Positions 10,618 to 21,283 are shown, numbered from the stretch's first letter. The stretch: DNA of 64,000 bases from Chthoniobacteraceae bacterium (GCA_031409655.1 JANNXQ010000099.1:32001-96000), one strand, 5' to 3'. Notes: a model not told the origin generated them from the letters alone. A program made the numbers and translations.

Positions 10618-11699
10618 TGAGATTTTTGGTGCAAATCGTGCCGCGCCTAGCACCTTCAGTGAGCGGCGTCGGCGATTACGCTGGGTTAATGGCCCGAGAG
10701 TTATTGGGGACGTATGCTGTGAGTACTATATTCGTTGTTTGTGACTTGGGATGGTCAGGACCGAGATCATTGCATGAATTTCCCATCGTTCGTCTTAGGT
10801 TCCACAACGCTGCCCACCTGCGCGAGACACTGGAACTAATTGTGCCGCCGGGGACACCCGTGTTTCTCCACTACGTAGGCTACGGTTACCAAAAGCGAGG
10901 CTGTCCGCGTTGGCTGGCCCAAGGCTTGGAACGGTGGCGGCGCAACGGCAAGGAGCGTCGCCTTGCCGTGATGTTTCATGAGTTGTTTGCCTTTGGCCCA
11001 GTGTGGACGAGTTCGTTTTGGTTGTCCTTTTTGCAGCGTCGCATTACAGCCCGTGTAGCGCGGTTGGCGGATACTTGTGTGACGAACATGAGCATGTATG
11101 CGAACCGGCTGGGCCGATTTGCGCCGCGCCATGCGGGAAAAGTGACCGTAATGCCGGTTTTTTCGACAATGGGGGAGCCGGCGGATCTTAGACCATCGAG
11201 GCAGCGGCAACCTTGGTTGGTGCTGTTCGGCGGGGGCGCCTGGACCACGGATGCGGTCGCAAAACACGCCGCGAAACTCGATCAAGCATGCGCAGCCCTC
11301 AGCTGTGATCGCATCATCGCCATCGGAGCGCCGGGTCGGATTGCTTGGTCGGGCCACGCGGCCTTTGAGGAAACCGGCATTCTACCCGCAGCGGAAGTCA
11401 GTACAATCCTTGGACAAGCTCGTGCCGGATTTTTGGGTTACTTTCCCGGTTATCTCGGCAAGTCCACGATCTTCGCGGCCTACTGTGCTCACGGTCTGCT
11501 CCCGATTTTTCCTGAACCAAATCCCTCCGAACTCGACGGAGTGATGCACAGGATTCACTACCTGACTTTGGATGATTTGATCGAAGATTGTCCGCTAGAA
11601 ACCATCGATTCGGTGGTTGCAAATTCGCGGCAATGGTATCAACGCCATGACCTTGCGAAAGCCGCAGGGACCGTTGCGCAGATATTGCCTGCCCCTTGA
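10617..11699 (+). CDS. Putative GT-B glycosyltransferase
   Basis: SGVGDYA, LHYVGYGY, FHEL and GKSTIFAAYCAHG pattern of divergent GT-B proteins; abuts its neighbours. Confidence 0.65.
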   Translation: MRFLVQIVPRLAPSVSGVGDYAGLMARELLGTYAVSTIFVVCDLGWSGPRSLHEFPIVRLRFHNAAHLRETLELIVPPGTPVFLHYVGYGYQKRGCPRWLAQGLERWRRNGKERRLAVMFHELFAFGPVWTSSFWLSFLQRRITARVARLADTCVTNMSMYANRLGRFAPRHAGKVTVMPVFSTMGEPADLRPSRQRQPWLVLFGGGAWTTDAVAKHAAKLDQACAALSCDRIIAIGAPGRIAWSGHAAFEETGILPAAEVSTILGQARAGFLGYFPGYLGKSTIFAAYCAHGLLPIFPEPNPSELDGVMHRIHYLTLDDLIEDCPLETIDSVVANSRQWYQRHDLAKAAGTVAQILPAP

Positions 11700-12340
11700 G
11701 TATGCTAGTAAGTCTCTGGGGCCAGCGCGAGCGACCACCTATTGGATCGGTCCAATGGTTTCGTTCTTGGGCAAAACGATTTTTAAGCCTTAAATCGATA
11801 CTTGCCAGCGATTGGCGACTGCATCGCCTTACCCAAAAGGGAGCATGCGTTGGAAAGACCGTTTTTCTCTCGAAAGCGAATATCGCGGGTACGCTTGGAA
11901 AGCTATCCATTGGAGATAGTTCATTTCTGGGCAGGGTGACAATTCAAGTCTTGAACGAAGTTCGGATCGGACGTTGCGTTTGCATCAATGACGGAGTGAC
12001 CATCTTGTCGGCCAGCCACTGCCTGGACGATCCTGGGTGGGGCATGTTCTCGAAACCAATCACCATTGACGACTATGCATGGATCGCCGTGGGGGCGCTG
12101 ATTCTCCCGGGAGTGCGCATCGGCCGTGGCGCTGTCGTGGGTGCCGGCGCCGTGGTTAGCCGCGATGTCCCTGCCTTTGCGGTGGCGACTGGCAATCCCG
12201 CGCGGATCTTGGAAAACCGGCGTATTCGCCAGCTTGATTATTCACCGGTGAATTCTCTTGCCGGCTTTCGTGCGTGGTGTGGTGCCGGAATGCCCTCGGG
12301 CAAAACCGATTCGCTCCTCAATTATCCTCCCGTTTCCTAA
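11696..12340 (+). CDS. Hexapeptide-repeat O-acetyltransferase (WcaF/LacA-like)
   Basis: ITIDDYAWIAVGALILPGVRIGRGAVVGAGAVVSRDVP..GNPAR left-handed beta-helix signature. Confidence 0.9.
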   Translation: MSMLVSLWGQRERPPIGSVQWFRSWAKRFLSLKSILASDWRLHRLTQKGACVGKTVFLSKANIAGTLGKLSIGDSSFLGRVTIQVLNEVRIGRCVCINDGVTILSASHCLDDPGWGMFSKPITIDDYAWIAVGALILPGVRIGRGAVVGAGAVVSRDVPAFAVATGNPARILENRRIRQLDYSPVNSLAGFRAWCGAGMPSGKTDSLLNYPPVS

Positions 12341-12407
12341 CAAATAAGGCTCGAGCACCCTGAACTCTACCAATAAATGGCTGAAGATTTGCACCCGTGC
12401 AGCGCTT

Positions 12408-13748
12408 GTGCTTGTCGTCGTCGAGGGAGCAATTCGTAAGTGGCTGCTGCCCGAGCTAAATGAGTTTGTCTATTTTGCTAAGGATGGTGTGCTGGGCATC
12501 GCTTATATTTTGGCTCTCTTGCATCCGGACCGGTTGCATCACGGAGACCGATTCAAGATGCTATTCCCGTTCGTCTTTCTTGCCGCGTCCTTGCTAGTTG
12601 CCGGTGTATTTAATCCATCTTTGGGATCGGTGATCGTTGGCGCTTTTGGGGCGAAGGCATATTTATGGTACATCCCTTTAATATGGATCGTTCCGAGCAC
12701 TTTCAATTCCACGACGGAACTGCAAAAGTGGTTTCGCAACTACCTCCTCCTCGTAATACCGGTCTGTTTGCTTGGCACCGCTCAATTTGCAGCGCCCCCG
12801 GATTCAGTGTTAAACCGTTATAGCAACACTAGCGACGAGCAGGCTGTGGCTACGTTTGGTGAGGATACCAAGGTCGCGCGCATCACCGGTACGTTTTCGT
12901 ATATTTCCGGGCACACCAGCTACATCACAGCAATGGCCATCTTCCTCCTAGCGCTAATGGTGCAACCTGCCGGCGGGTGGTGGTTCCTAGCGGGGATGCT
13001 CGAGTTCATGCTAATTGTGGGAAATGCGTTGATGTCGGGTTCGCGGGCAGGGGTTTTGATTGTAGCGGCTGCCGCCGTTGTCTTTCTCCTGTCAACGGCT
13101 GGCCAAGACGCTCCCGCGCTTCGCAGGTTTCGTTGGCTGGTTATCGGCATGATGGTTCTAGGATGCGGAGCTGCTCTTTACGGCTTTCAGGATGCGCTGA
13201 GCGCCTTTGCCCACCGCGTTGAGACGGCGGAGGATACTGAGGAGCGCATGGCGTTCGTGAGTATCGAGCGTCTCGATGAAGCCATGAATGCCGCCGGTTT
13301 GCTCGGATATGGCACCGGAGCAACACACCCCGGCGGTTTCGCACTCCGTCGCGCATTCAATCTCGGTCCCGCATTCGACGATCCGCCTCCCGCGGAACTT
13401 GAGTATCATCGAGTCATGCTGGAGCTTGGCCCGATTGGATTCCTCTTTTGGAATGTGTTGCGCATCTTCCTCTTATTTGCATTGTTCGCAACTTGGCGGA
13501 GGATGCGAATCTCATTTCTTCGTCAAATGGCCTTTGCTGCCTTCTTTCTGCACGTGGTAAACCTTAATGGTGCAATCGTCCTGAATCACACGATGGGGGT
13601 CTATTATTGGTTTAGTGCGAGCTTCATCTTTCTTTTGCCAAAACTGGAGGCATTGGATTTTGCGCGCGTGAGGCTTGCGTCGCAGATTCCCGGCTTTCGG
13701 CCTCCTCAAGTCATGCCGGCGCGCAGGAAGCTCACGGTCCCTCAATGA
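12408..13748 (+). CDS. Wzy/O-antigen-ligase-like membrane protein (probable polysaccharide polymerase)
   Basis: Multi-TM protein with EGAIRKW, RITGTFSY, MSGSRA, GYGTG and ELGPIG motifs. The frame is open further upstream (possible CTG at 12360). Confidence 0.7.
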   Translation: MLVVVEGAIRKWLLPELNEFVYFAKDGVLGIAYILALLHPDRLHHGDRFKMLFPFVFLAASLLVAGVFNPSLGSVIVGAFGAKAYLWYIPLIWIVPSTFNSTTELQKWFRNYLLLVIPVCLLGTAQFAAPPDSVLNRYSNTSDEQAVATFGEDTKVARITGTFSYISGHTSYITAMAIFLLALMVQPAGGWWFLAGMLEFMLIVGNALMSGSRAGVLIVAAAAVVFLLSTAGQDAPALRRFRWLVIGMMVLGCGAALYGFQDALSAFAHRVETAEDTEERMAFVSIERLDEAMNAAGLLGYGTGATHPGGFALRRAFNLGPAFDDPPPAELEYHRVMLELGPIGFLFWNVLRIFLLFALFATWRRMRISFLRQMAFAAFFLHVVNLNGAIVLNHTMGVYYWFSASFIFLLPKLEALDFARVRLASQIPGFRPPQVMPARRKLTVPQ

Positions 13749-14935
13749 TGTCTTCGGCGATGAAGGGCTGCCACGTCCACATCTGGATTCCCGACTATGA
13801 GTCGGCCAAGGGGGGGATTCAGGTTTTCAGCAATTTCTTCATCAAAGCGGTGTGCCATTTCCTCCCGGACGCGAAAATCACCGTCTTCTCCAAGAATGAC
13901 GTCTCTTACCCGGCTCTGCCGCTACATCATCCTGCGGTTGAGTTTCGCCCTCTGGGATGGTGGTCCCCTCGGTTGCGCACGATGGCATTCAGTGCTGCTC
14001 TTCTTGCTGCCGGGTTGCGGGAAAAGCCGGATGCGATCCTGAGCACGCATGTGAATTTCGCTCCGGTCGCGCACTGGTTGAAGCGGCTCCAAGGGACGCC
14101 ATTCGCAGCGGTGGCGCACGGGGTCGATGTCTGGACGATGACGGGCGGCATGGTGCCGAGGGCGCTCCAAGCAGCGGATCGGGTGCTTGCGGTCAGTCGG
14201 TTCACCCGGGACCGCCTGGTGGAAGGGATGCACCTGCGGCCTGAGAAAGTGGGAATTCTGCCCAACGCGTTTGACGAGCTCGAATTTTCGCCTGGGGACA
14301 AACCAAGGTATCTTCTCCGGCGGTTTGGTCTGGCGCCGAAGCAACCGATCATTCTGACGGTGGCCCGCCTCGCGGGCGAGGAGCGCTACAAGGGGTACGA
14401 TCAAGTGTTGCGCGCACTGCCGGCGGTAAGGCGAGTGGTGCCCGATGTGCATTATGTGCTGGGTGGGCGGGGGCCGGACCGCTCGCGGGTCGAGGTGCTG
14501 GTGAAGGAGTTGGGTCTGATGGATTGCGTGACCCTTGCAGGGTATATTCCGGATCACGAGTTACGGGACTTTTATCGGTTGAGTGACGTGTTTGCCATGC
14601 CGAGTAAAGGCGAGGGGTTCGGGATTGTCTTTCTCGAAGCGATGGCGAGCGGTCGGCCGGTGATCGCCGGGAACAAGGATGGGTCGGTGGATGCCCTGCT
14701 CGATGGGAAAGCGGGTGTCTTGATCGACCCTGATAGCCGGACGGAACTCGAAAAGGCGCTGGTGCAAACGCTCTCCGGCACGCATCCGCTGGCGATTTTG
14801 CGCGATCCCGCTGGCTTGCAGGAACAAGCGATTGCGGCCTTTGGCTACGCGCGGTTTGCGACCAAACTGGCGGAGGAACTCCGGGCCCTCGGCCTTCCGG
14901 CAGTCCGACCGACGGAACCTGCGTTCGCAGCTTAA
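13745..14935 (+). CDS. Glycosyltransferase family 4
   Basis: GGIQ, YKGYD and DVFAMPSKGEGFGIVFLEAMASG. Confidence 0.92.
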   Translation: MMSSAMKGCHVHIWIPDYESAKGGIQVFSNFFIKAVCHFLPDAKITVFSKNDVSYPALPLHHPAVEFRPLGWWSPRLRTMAFSAALLAAGLREKPDAILSTHVNFAPVAHWLKRLQGTPFAAVAHGVDVWTMTGGMVPRALQAADRVLAVSRFTRDRLVEGMHLRPEKVGILPNAFDELEFSPGDKPRYLLRRFGLAPKQPIILTVARLAGEERYKGYDQVLRALPAVRRVVPDVHYVLGGRGPDRSRVEVLVKELGLMDCVTLAGYIPDHELRDFYRLSDVFAMPSKGEGFGIVFLEAMASGRPVIAGNKDGSVDALLDGKAGVLIDPDSRTELEKALVQTLSGTHPLAILRDPAGLQEQAIAAFGYARFATKLAEELRALGLPAVRPTEPAFAA

Positions 14936-14939
14936 GACC

Positions 14940-16787
14940 ATGTGCGGAATCGCGGGACTCGTCACGGATCGCCTCACCCCGGCAGAGATAGAGTCGCGGC
15001 TCCGGGCCATGCAGGCGAGGTTGCGGCATCGCGGACCGGACGATGCAGGGCTCTTCGTCGGTCCTTCTGATCACACATCGGCTAGCGGGCCGAATCCGCT
15101 CCTTTGTGGCCTCGCGCATACGCGGCTGGCCATCCTCGATCTCAGTCCGGCGGGGCATCAGCCGATGTTTTCGGAGGATGGGCGTTTCGCCCTAACTTTC
15201 AACGGGGAGATTTATAATTTCGCCGCGCTCCGACGGGAATTGGAACAGGACGGCGAGCGGTTTCGATCGACTTCGGACAGCGAAGTCATCCTGCGGATGT
15301 ATTCGCGGTATGGACCCGAAGTGGTTCGGGAGTTCGAAGGCATGTTTGCCTTTGCCATCTGGGATCGGAGGGAAGGCACCTGTTTCCTGGCGCGCGACCC
15401 GCTGGGCATCAAGCCGCTCTATCTTTGGATTGAGAACGGGACCATGGCCTTTGCCTCTGAGGTTCGGGCCTTACTCGTGGTCGGGATGGCCCGTCCAGAA
15501 TTGTCCCCCGAAGCGCTGCAGAATTATTTCCTTTTTGGATCCGTTCCGGAACCGAAGACGCTGGTCCGCGGGGTGGAGGCGCTTCCCGCTGGACATAAGC
15601 TGCTCTGGAAGGGCGGGCGGGGACGCGTCCAACGGTTCTGGGAGTTGCAGATCCCGGCGGACTCGGGGTCGGTCGAGGAGTCGATCCCGCTCGCTCGCGC
15701 GGCGTTAGAGGATTCCGTGCGGCGGCATTTTGTGAGCGATGTGCCGGTGGGGATATTTCTGAGTGGAGGAATCGATTCCACAGCGCTGGTGGCACTGGCC
15801 CGCCGGATCGGTGCAGGACCGTTGCAGACGTTCTGCCTATCCTTCGACGATGCCGCGCTCGACGAAGGCGCCGTGGCGGCCCGCACGGCCGCCCATTTCG
15901 GCACTCGACACCACGACCTGCGGCTGGGGGCGGGAGTCGGGCGGGCTTTGCTCACGAGTTTTCTGGATCGGCTGGATCAGCCGTCGATTGATGGGTTTAA
16001 CACGTTCTGTGTCTCCAAACTCGCGCATGATCAGGGTGCGAAGGTGGTCTTGTCAGGCCTTGGGGGCGATGAAGTCTTCGGCGGTTACCCTTCATTCCAG
16101 ACGGTCCCACGCCTCGTCGGTTGGAACCGGGCGCTTTCGTTGATGGGTCCTGTTCGCTGCCTGTTCGGTCGCGCCTTGGAGGAGCACGGGCTCCAGCCGC
16201 GGCATCGTCGTTTGGGTACTTTTATGACCGGGCCGCCGAGCGCGGCCACAGCGTATTGGGCCATGCGCGGCATTTTCACGCCGCCAGAAGTAAAACAGCT
16301 TCTGAGGCAATATGGGCAGGTCACGGCAAGCAGCGAGGAACTGGCTGCCGTGGCCTTTCATGTGCCTGCGCAGCCCACGCTGGAGGATGTCGTGAGTTAT
16401 CTTGAATTGACCCGTTACATGCGGAATCAACTGCTCAGGGATAGCGATGTCACGAGCATGGCCTGGGGGTTGGAACTTCGTGTGCCCTTCGTGGATCGAA
16501 AGCTCATCGAGACTCTCATCCGACTTCCAGCCAGGGTCCGTCTGGCGCGCGGCAAGAGACTGCTTTTGGATGCAGTTCCTGAGGTGCCGGAGTGGGTGGC
16601 CGGCAAGCCTAAACGCGGATTTGTCTTTCCCTTTGAGCAGTGGTTCGCCGCCGACTGGCAAGAATTGTTTGGCCACATCAAGCGCGTCAACGGTGCGGGG
16701 GTCCAAGGATGGTATCAGAAGTGGAGCCTCTTCGTGCTCGATCACTGGTGTCAGGCGAACGGCGTCGCGAGGTTTGGAGAGAGTTAA
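14940..16787 (+). CDS. asnB: Asparagine synthase (glutamine-hydrolysing)-like amidotransferase
   Basis: Start MCGIAG (Ntn Cys), HRGPD, HTRLAILD, FNGEIYN, LSGGIDS, LSGLGGDEVFGGY. True start is ATG 14940. Confidence 0.95.
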   Translation: MCGIAGLVTDRLTPAEIESRLRAMQARLRHRGPDDAGLFVGPSDHTSASGPNPLLCGLAHTRLAILDLSPAGHQPMFSEDGRFALTFNGEIYNFAALRRELEQDGERFRSTSDSEVILRMYSRYGPEVVREFEGMFAFAIWDRREGTCFLARDPLGIKPLYLWIENGTMAFASEVRALLVVGMARPELSPEALQNYFLFGSVPEPKTLVRGVEALPAGHKLLWKGGRGRVQRFWELQIPADSGSVEESIPLARAALEDSVRRHFVSDVPVGIFLSGGIDSTALVALARRIGAGPLQTFCLSFDDAALDEGAVAARTAAHFGTRHHDLRLGAGVGRALLTSFLDRLDQPSIDGFNTFCVSKLAHDQGAKVVLSGLGGDEVFGGYPSFQTVPRLVGWNRALSLMGPVRCLFGRALEEHGLQPRHRRLGTFMTGPPSAATAYWAMRGIFTPPEVKQLLRQYGQVTASSEELAAVAFHVPAQPTLEDVVSYLELTRYMRNQLLRDSDVTSMAWGLELRVPFVDRKLIETLIRLPARVRLARGKRLLLDAVPEVPEWVAGKPKRGFVFPFEQWFAADWQELFGHIKRVNGAGVQGWYQKWSLFVLDHWCQANGVARFGES

Positions 16788-16788
16788 A

Positions 16789-18000
16789 ATGAAGGTGCTG
16801 CACGTCATCCCGTCGCTTTCGCACTCCCAGGGTGGGCCGAGCTTCGCCTTGCCGCTCATCGCGCGGAGTCTCATTCAGCGCGGCATCAAGGTGGACGTGG
16901 CCACGACCGACGACGACGGTCCCGGCAAGCGGATCGCCGTACCGCTCGGCGTCCCGGTGGAGAGGGATGGATTCTCGGTGCGGTATTTCAAAAAGCAGAC
17001 CCAGTTCTACAAGGTTTCGCTGCCTTTCAGCAGATGGATGCGGAAGCACGCGGGCGAATACGATGTCGTGCATATTCATGCCTTGTTTTCGTACACGAGC
17101 ATCAGCGCGGCGCGTGAGGCGCGACGGGCCGGGGTGCCCTACGTGGTGCGCCCGATTGGCGTGCTGAATCGGTGGGGGATGCGAAATCGGCGGCGGCTGA
17201 TCAAGGCCTTGTCGTTCCGATTCATCGAGGGGCCGATCCTGCGCCATGCGGCGGCCATTCATTACACAAGCCGGCAGGAACGGGTGGAGGCGGAGCAGGC
17301 CGGAGCGTCCGCGATGGCTGCGGTGATCCCGCTCGGAGTCTCGGTGCCGGGAGTCGGAGATCTGGATGCGGCGGAGCGATTTCGGGTGCGCTACCCGGAG
17401 ACCCGCGGGCGACGGGTGGTCCTCTTCCTCTCGCGATTGGATGTGAAAAAGGGGATCGAGTTATTGCTGCCGGCGTTTGCCGCAGTCCGGCAGGCACATC
17501 CCGATGCGGTGTTGGTGCTGGCCGGGGATGGCGACCAGGAATACGTCGAGGGACTGCGGAAAATGACGGTGGCGCTCAGCCTTGCGGAGTGTGTGGTGTG
17601 GGCGGGCTTTCTCGGCGGTGAGGAGAAGCGGGACGCCTTTGCCGCAGCGACGGTGTTTGTGCTCCCGTCTTATTCGGAGAATTTCGGGATCGCGCTGGTC
17701 GAGGCGCTGGCTGCTGGGTTGGCCAGCGTGACGACGGAGGGCGTGGCCGTGGCCGCCGACATCCGCGAGCACGAGGCCGGTCTCGTCGTGCCGTCCGAGA
17801 TCCAGCCCCTCCGCACCGCACTGGACGACCTTTTGCGCGACGCCGAGCTACGTACTCGCCTCGGAGCGAACGCTCGAAGGCTGGCGATTGAGCGATTCTC
17901 CCTCGACGCGATGAGCGCGGCCTTGGTCCGCCTTTACGAGAATAGTATCACCCGTCGCGTCGACGAAATCCAACCCGTACCCTCCTGTCTATGCCCGTAA
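16789..18000 (+). CDS. Glycosyltransferase family 4
   Basis: MKVLHVIPS..GGP, HIHALFS and FVLPSYSENFGIALVEAL. ATG lies 1 nt after the asnB stop. Confidence 0.92.
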   Translation: MKVLHVIPSLSHSQGGPSFALPLIARSLIQRGIKVDVATTDDDGPGKRIAVPLGVPVERDGFSVRYFKKQTQFYKVSLPFSRWMRKHAGEYDVVHIHALFSYTSISAAREARRAGVPYVVRPIGVLNRWGMRNRRRLIKALSFRFIEGPILRHAAAIHYTSRQERVEAEQAGASAMAAVIPLGVSVPGVGDLDAAERFRVRYPETRGRRVVLFLSRLDVKKGIELLLPAFAAVRQAHPDAVLVLAGDGDQEYVEGLRKMTVALSLAECVVWAGFLGGEEKRDAFAAATVFVLPSYSENFGIALVEALAAGLASVTTEGVAVAADIREHEAGLVVPSEIQPLRTALDDLLRDAELRTRLGANARRLAIERFSLDAMSAALVRLYENSITRRVDEIQPVPSCLCP

Positions 18001-19745
18001 TTCTTGGTATCAATGCCTTCCACGCCGATTCGGCGGCCTGTGTCGTCGTCGATGGTGAATTGAAAGCGGCCGTCGCCGAAGAGCGGTTGGGCGCACGGCA
18101 GAAGCACTGCCCGGATTTTCCCGCCAATGCCATCCGTGCCGTCCTGAAGATGGCCGGGGTGAGCTTGCGCGATGTGAGCCATGTGGCCATCGCGCGCGAT
18201 ACCAAGGCCAATATGGGTGCCAAGGCGGCCTATGTGCTTTCCAAACCGGTGAAGACCATGGCGGCGGTCTGGGAGCATCTCAGCCGGAGCAAGCGCACGA
18301 GCGATACCTTCACCCAGCTCGCGGAGATCTGTGGTGAGCCGGCGGCGCACGCGCGTTTTCAATTAGTACCGGTCGAGCACCATCTCGCACACATCGCCAG
18401 TGCTTACTACTTGTCGCCGTTCGAGTCGCTGACCGCAGGGCTTTCTTACGATGCATCGGGCGACTTTGTGAGCATGATGGCGGCCCGTTGTGAAGGCACG
18501 AAGATCGAAGTGCTCGATCGCGTCCACCTGCCGCACAGCCTTGGGTTCTTCTACACGGCGCTTTGCCAGTTCATCGGCTTCGATGAGTTTGGCGAGGAGT
18601 ATAAGGTGATGGGTCTCGCGCCATATGGTGAGGATCGCTTTCCCGAAATCATGCGGAAGATCGTGAAACTGCCAGCGGAAGGTTGGTTCGCGCTGGCGCG
18701 GGGATACTTTGGGATGCACGAGGGCGGGCAGAGTGGGGCGCTGGATGAACGCGGGCATCTCGTCGCCGGGCGGATGTTCACGGACAGACTCGTCGCCGAA
18801 CTCGGACAGGCCCGGAAGCGTGCTGAGCCGCTCACGCAGCGGGAGAAGGACATCGCCCGCTCCTGCCAGGTGCGCTTTGAAGAGGCGGCAGTGCATTGCT
18901 TGAAGCGCTTGCATTCGCGGGTGCCGACCGAGCGGTTCGTGATGGCCGGCGGTTGCGCGCTCAACGGTGTAGCCAATGCCCGCATCCTGCGCGATACGCC
19001 ATTCAAGACCCCATACCTGCAATCCGCCTCTTCTGACGACGGCACCTGCCTGGGCGCGGCGTATTGGTGCTACCACAATGTCTGCGGCGGCACGCAGCGC
19101 TTTCACATGCGGCATGCCTACTGGGGGCCGGAGTATTCGGACGCCGACCTGAGCGCCGCCGCAGGCAAGAGCGGCCTGCCCGTCGAACGCCTCACTGGTG
19201 ACGAGCGGGCAGATCGTGTGACCGATCTGCTCCGTGAGGGCAAAGTGGTGGGGTGGTACCAAGGCCGCAGCGAGTGGGGGCCACGGGCGCTCGGGAATCG
19301 GTCCATCCTCGCCGATCCAACGCATCCGGACATGAAGGAGATCATCAACGCCAAGATCAAACGCCGCGAATCCTTCCGCCCCTTCGCCCCGAGCGTCCTG
19401 GCGGAAAAGGCGGGCGATTACTTCGAGCAGAGCGTGATGAGCCCTTTCATGATGCATGTGGTCAAATTTCGTCCCGAATGGCGGACGCGGCTGCCAGCGG
19501 TGGTGCATGTCGATGGCACCGGACGGCTTCAGACCGTCAGCGCGGACGAGAATCCTGCCTACCACGGGCTCATCCAGCGATTTAGCGAGAAGTCGGGCGT
19601 CGGCATCGTGCTCAACACCAGCTTCAACGAGAACGAACCCATCGTGGATACTCCGCAGCAGGCGCTCGATTGCTTCCTGCGGACCGATATGGACGCCCTC
19701 TGTCTGGGAGAATATCTCATGGTGAAGCCTGCCGGTGGTCCTTGA
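17991..19745 (+). CDS. NodU/CmcH family carbamoyltransferase
   Basis: LGINAFHADSAA, EHHLAH, EYKVMGLAPYG, AGGCALN, EWGPRALGNRSILADP, RESFRPFAP, LNTSFN. Confidence 0.95.
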   Translation: MPVILGINAFHADSAACVVVDGELKAAVAEERLGARQKHCPDFPANAIRAVLKMAGVSLRDVSHVAIARDTKANMGAKAAYVLSKPVKTMAAVWEHLSRSKRTSDTFTQLAEICGEPAAHARFQLVPVEHHLAHIASAYYLSPFESLTAGLSYDASGDFVSMMAARCEGTKIEVLDRVHLPHSLGFFYTALCQFIGFDEFGEEYKVMGLAPYGEDRFPEIMRKIVKLPAEGWFALARGYFGMHEGGQSGALDERGHLVAGRMFTDRLVAELGQARKRAEPLTQREKDIARSCQVRFEEAAVHCLKRLHSRVPTERFVMAGGCALNGVANARILRDTPFKTPYLQSASSDDGTCLGAAYWCYHNVCGGTQRFHMRHAYWGPEYSDADLSAAAGKSGLPVERLTGDERADRVTDLLREGKVVGWYQGRSEWGPRALGNRSILADPTHPDMKEIINAKIKRRESFRPFAPSVLAEKAGDYFEQSVMSPFMMHVVKFRPEWRTRLPAVVHVDGTGRLQTVSADENPAYHGLIQRFSEKSGVGIVLNTSFNENEPIVDTPQQALDCFLRTDMDALCLGEYLMVKPAGGP

Positions 19746-20277
19746 TGGCAATGATCCTGGAACGAAGGCGACCAGCGATTGCCGGAGAATCCGCAGGTTG
19801 GCTCATCGGCTCGGATGATGTTTTTTGCCGGCAGACCCCAGCCGTCATTCCCCGCATTGCCACCGGCTTCCTGGCTTGGGAGCGCGGGAAACTACTCTCG
19901 GTGTATGGCGCGTTCCGAGCACCGCAGCGCCCCCTGCGCGGTAGCGCTATCCCGGCAGATGGGCCGCCTGGCAAGCCCTTTGGCATGGCGCTCGGAGCGC
20001 GCCATCCACCAGAGTTCGCGCCGTAGCTTCGCCATTTGATGCGATAGGTGCCGGATACTCGGATATTCGGCTTGCTGAATTTAACGATTTCGACTTACCT
20101 ACTCCCCGAAATGCGGGGCACCTCTCGACGCTTTCCTCCGCCCGCCGACGCTTTAGAACTATGTTTTCGTTTCCTTTCAACGCAGTTCCCCCAAGCTTGC
20201 AGCCGCGGGAACAAACGGCGCGTGATGTCGGCGCACCTGTCCGTTTTAAAGGGTAACGCCCTCCAAACAACCGCTCA

Positions 20278-21168
20278 ATGAACGTCTCCGTCCTGATTCC
20301 GGCTCGAAACGAGGTCAGTAATATTGCTGACTGTCTGGAGTCTGTGGCCTGGAGCGATGATGTGGTCGTCGTGGATTCCAGTTCCACCGATGGCACCGTG
20401 GAACTGGCCCAGCGGCACGGAGCCAAGGTCGTGAATTTTTCCTGGAACCGACACTTCCCAAAAAAGAAGAATTGGGCTCTGGAGAATGTGCCGTGGAAGA
20501 ACGAATGGGTGCTGATTCTCGATGCGGACGAGCGGATTACGCCGGAGTTGGGCCAGGAAATCCTCCGCAAGGCCGCCGCTCCCGATGCGGATGGCTACTT
20601 CATCAATCGGCGCTTCATGTTCATGGGCCGATGGATTCGGCACTGCGGATACTATCCGAGTTGGAACCTGCGCCTCTTTCGCCACCGGCTCGGGCGGTAT
20701 GAAAAGCTGCACAAGGCCGACACCGGCTCGGGTGACAATGAAGTTCATGAGCATGTCGAGTTGACCGGGGCCGCGGCTTACCTTGAGCACGACATGCTGC
20801 ATTACGCTTATCCCGACATCAGCACGTGGATCGAGAAGCACAACCGATACTCGAACTGGGAGGCCAAAGTGGAGGTTGAGACGAGCGAAAAATCCGCGGA
20901 ATCAAACATCGGCGGACACCTGGCCGGTCGGCGCCGGATGCGCGAATGGTCGCGCCGGATGCCGTGCCGCCCGCTGCTCCGGTTCCTCTACAGCTACGTG
21001 TTCAAACGGGGATTTCTGGACGGCCGCGAAGGGTTTATGTTCTGCCGTCTGCTCGCCACCTACGAAATGTTCAGCGTCTTCAAGGCGCACGAACTGCGCA
21101 ACCGCTTGCGTCCAGGCAACAAGCAGCCCGGCGCAGCGGGATTGCCGCTTGCACTGCCAGGAAAATAG
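20278..21168 (+). CDS. Glycosyltransferase family 2
   Basis: VSVLIPARNE, VVVDSSSTDGT, LDADE, EVHEH, HNRYSNWEA. Confidence 0.92.
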   Translation: MNVSVLIPARNEVSNIADCLESVAWSDDVVVVDSSSTDGTVELAQRHGAKVVNFSWNRHFPKKKNWALENVPWKNEWVLILDADERITPELGQEILRKAAAPDADGYFINRRFMFMGRWIRHCGYYPSWNLRLFRHRLGRYEKLHKADTGSGDNEVHEHVELTGAAAYLEHDMLHYAYPDISTWIEKHNRYSNWEAKVEVETSEKSAESNIGGHLAGRRRMREWSRRMPCRPLLRFLYSYVFKRGFLDGREGFMFCRLLATYEMFSVFKAHELRNRLRPGNKQPGAAGLPLALPGK

Positions 21169-21283
21169 GCTTCCGCCGTGGCACCACTGGACCGTCCACG
21201 GGCGTCAGGAAAGGGATCAAAAGTGGCGAGTGCGTGCGGCGCGCCCGGCTGCGAAATCTGAGCACACACCAACAACCAACTTC

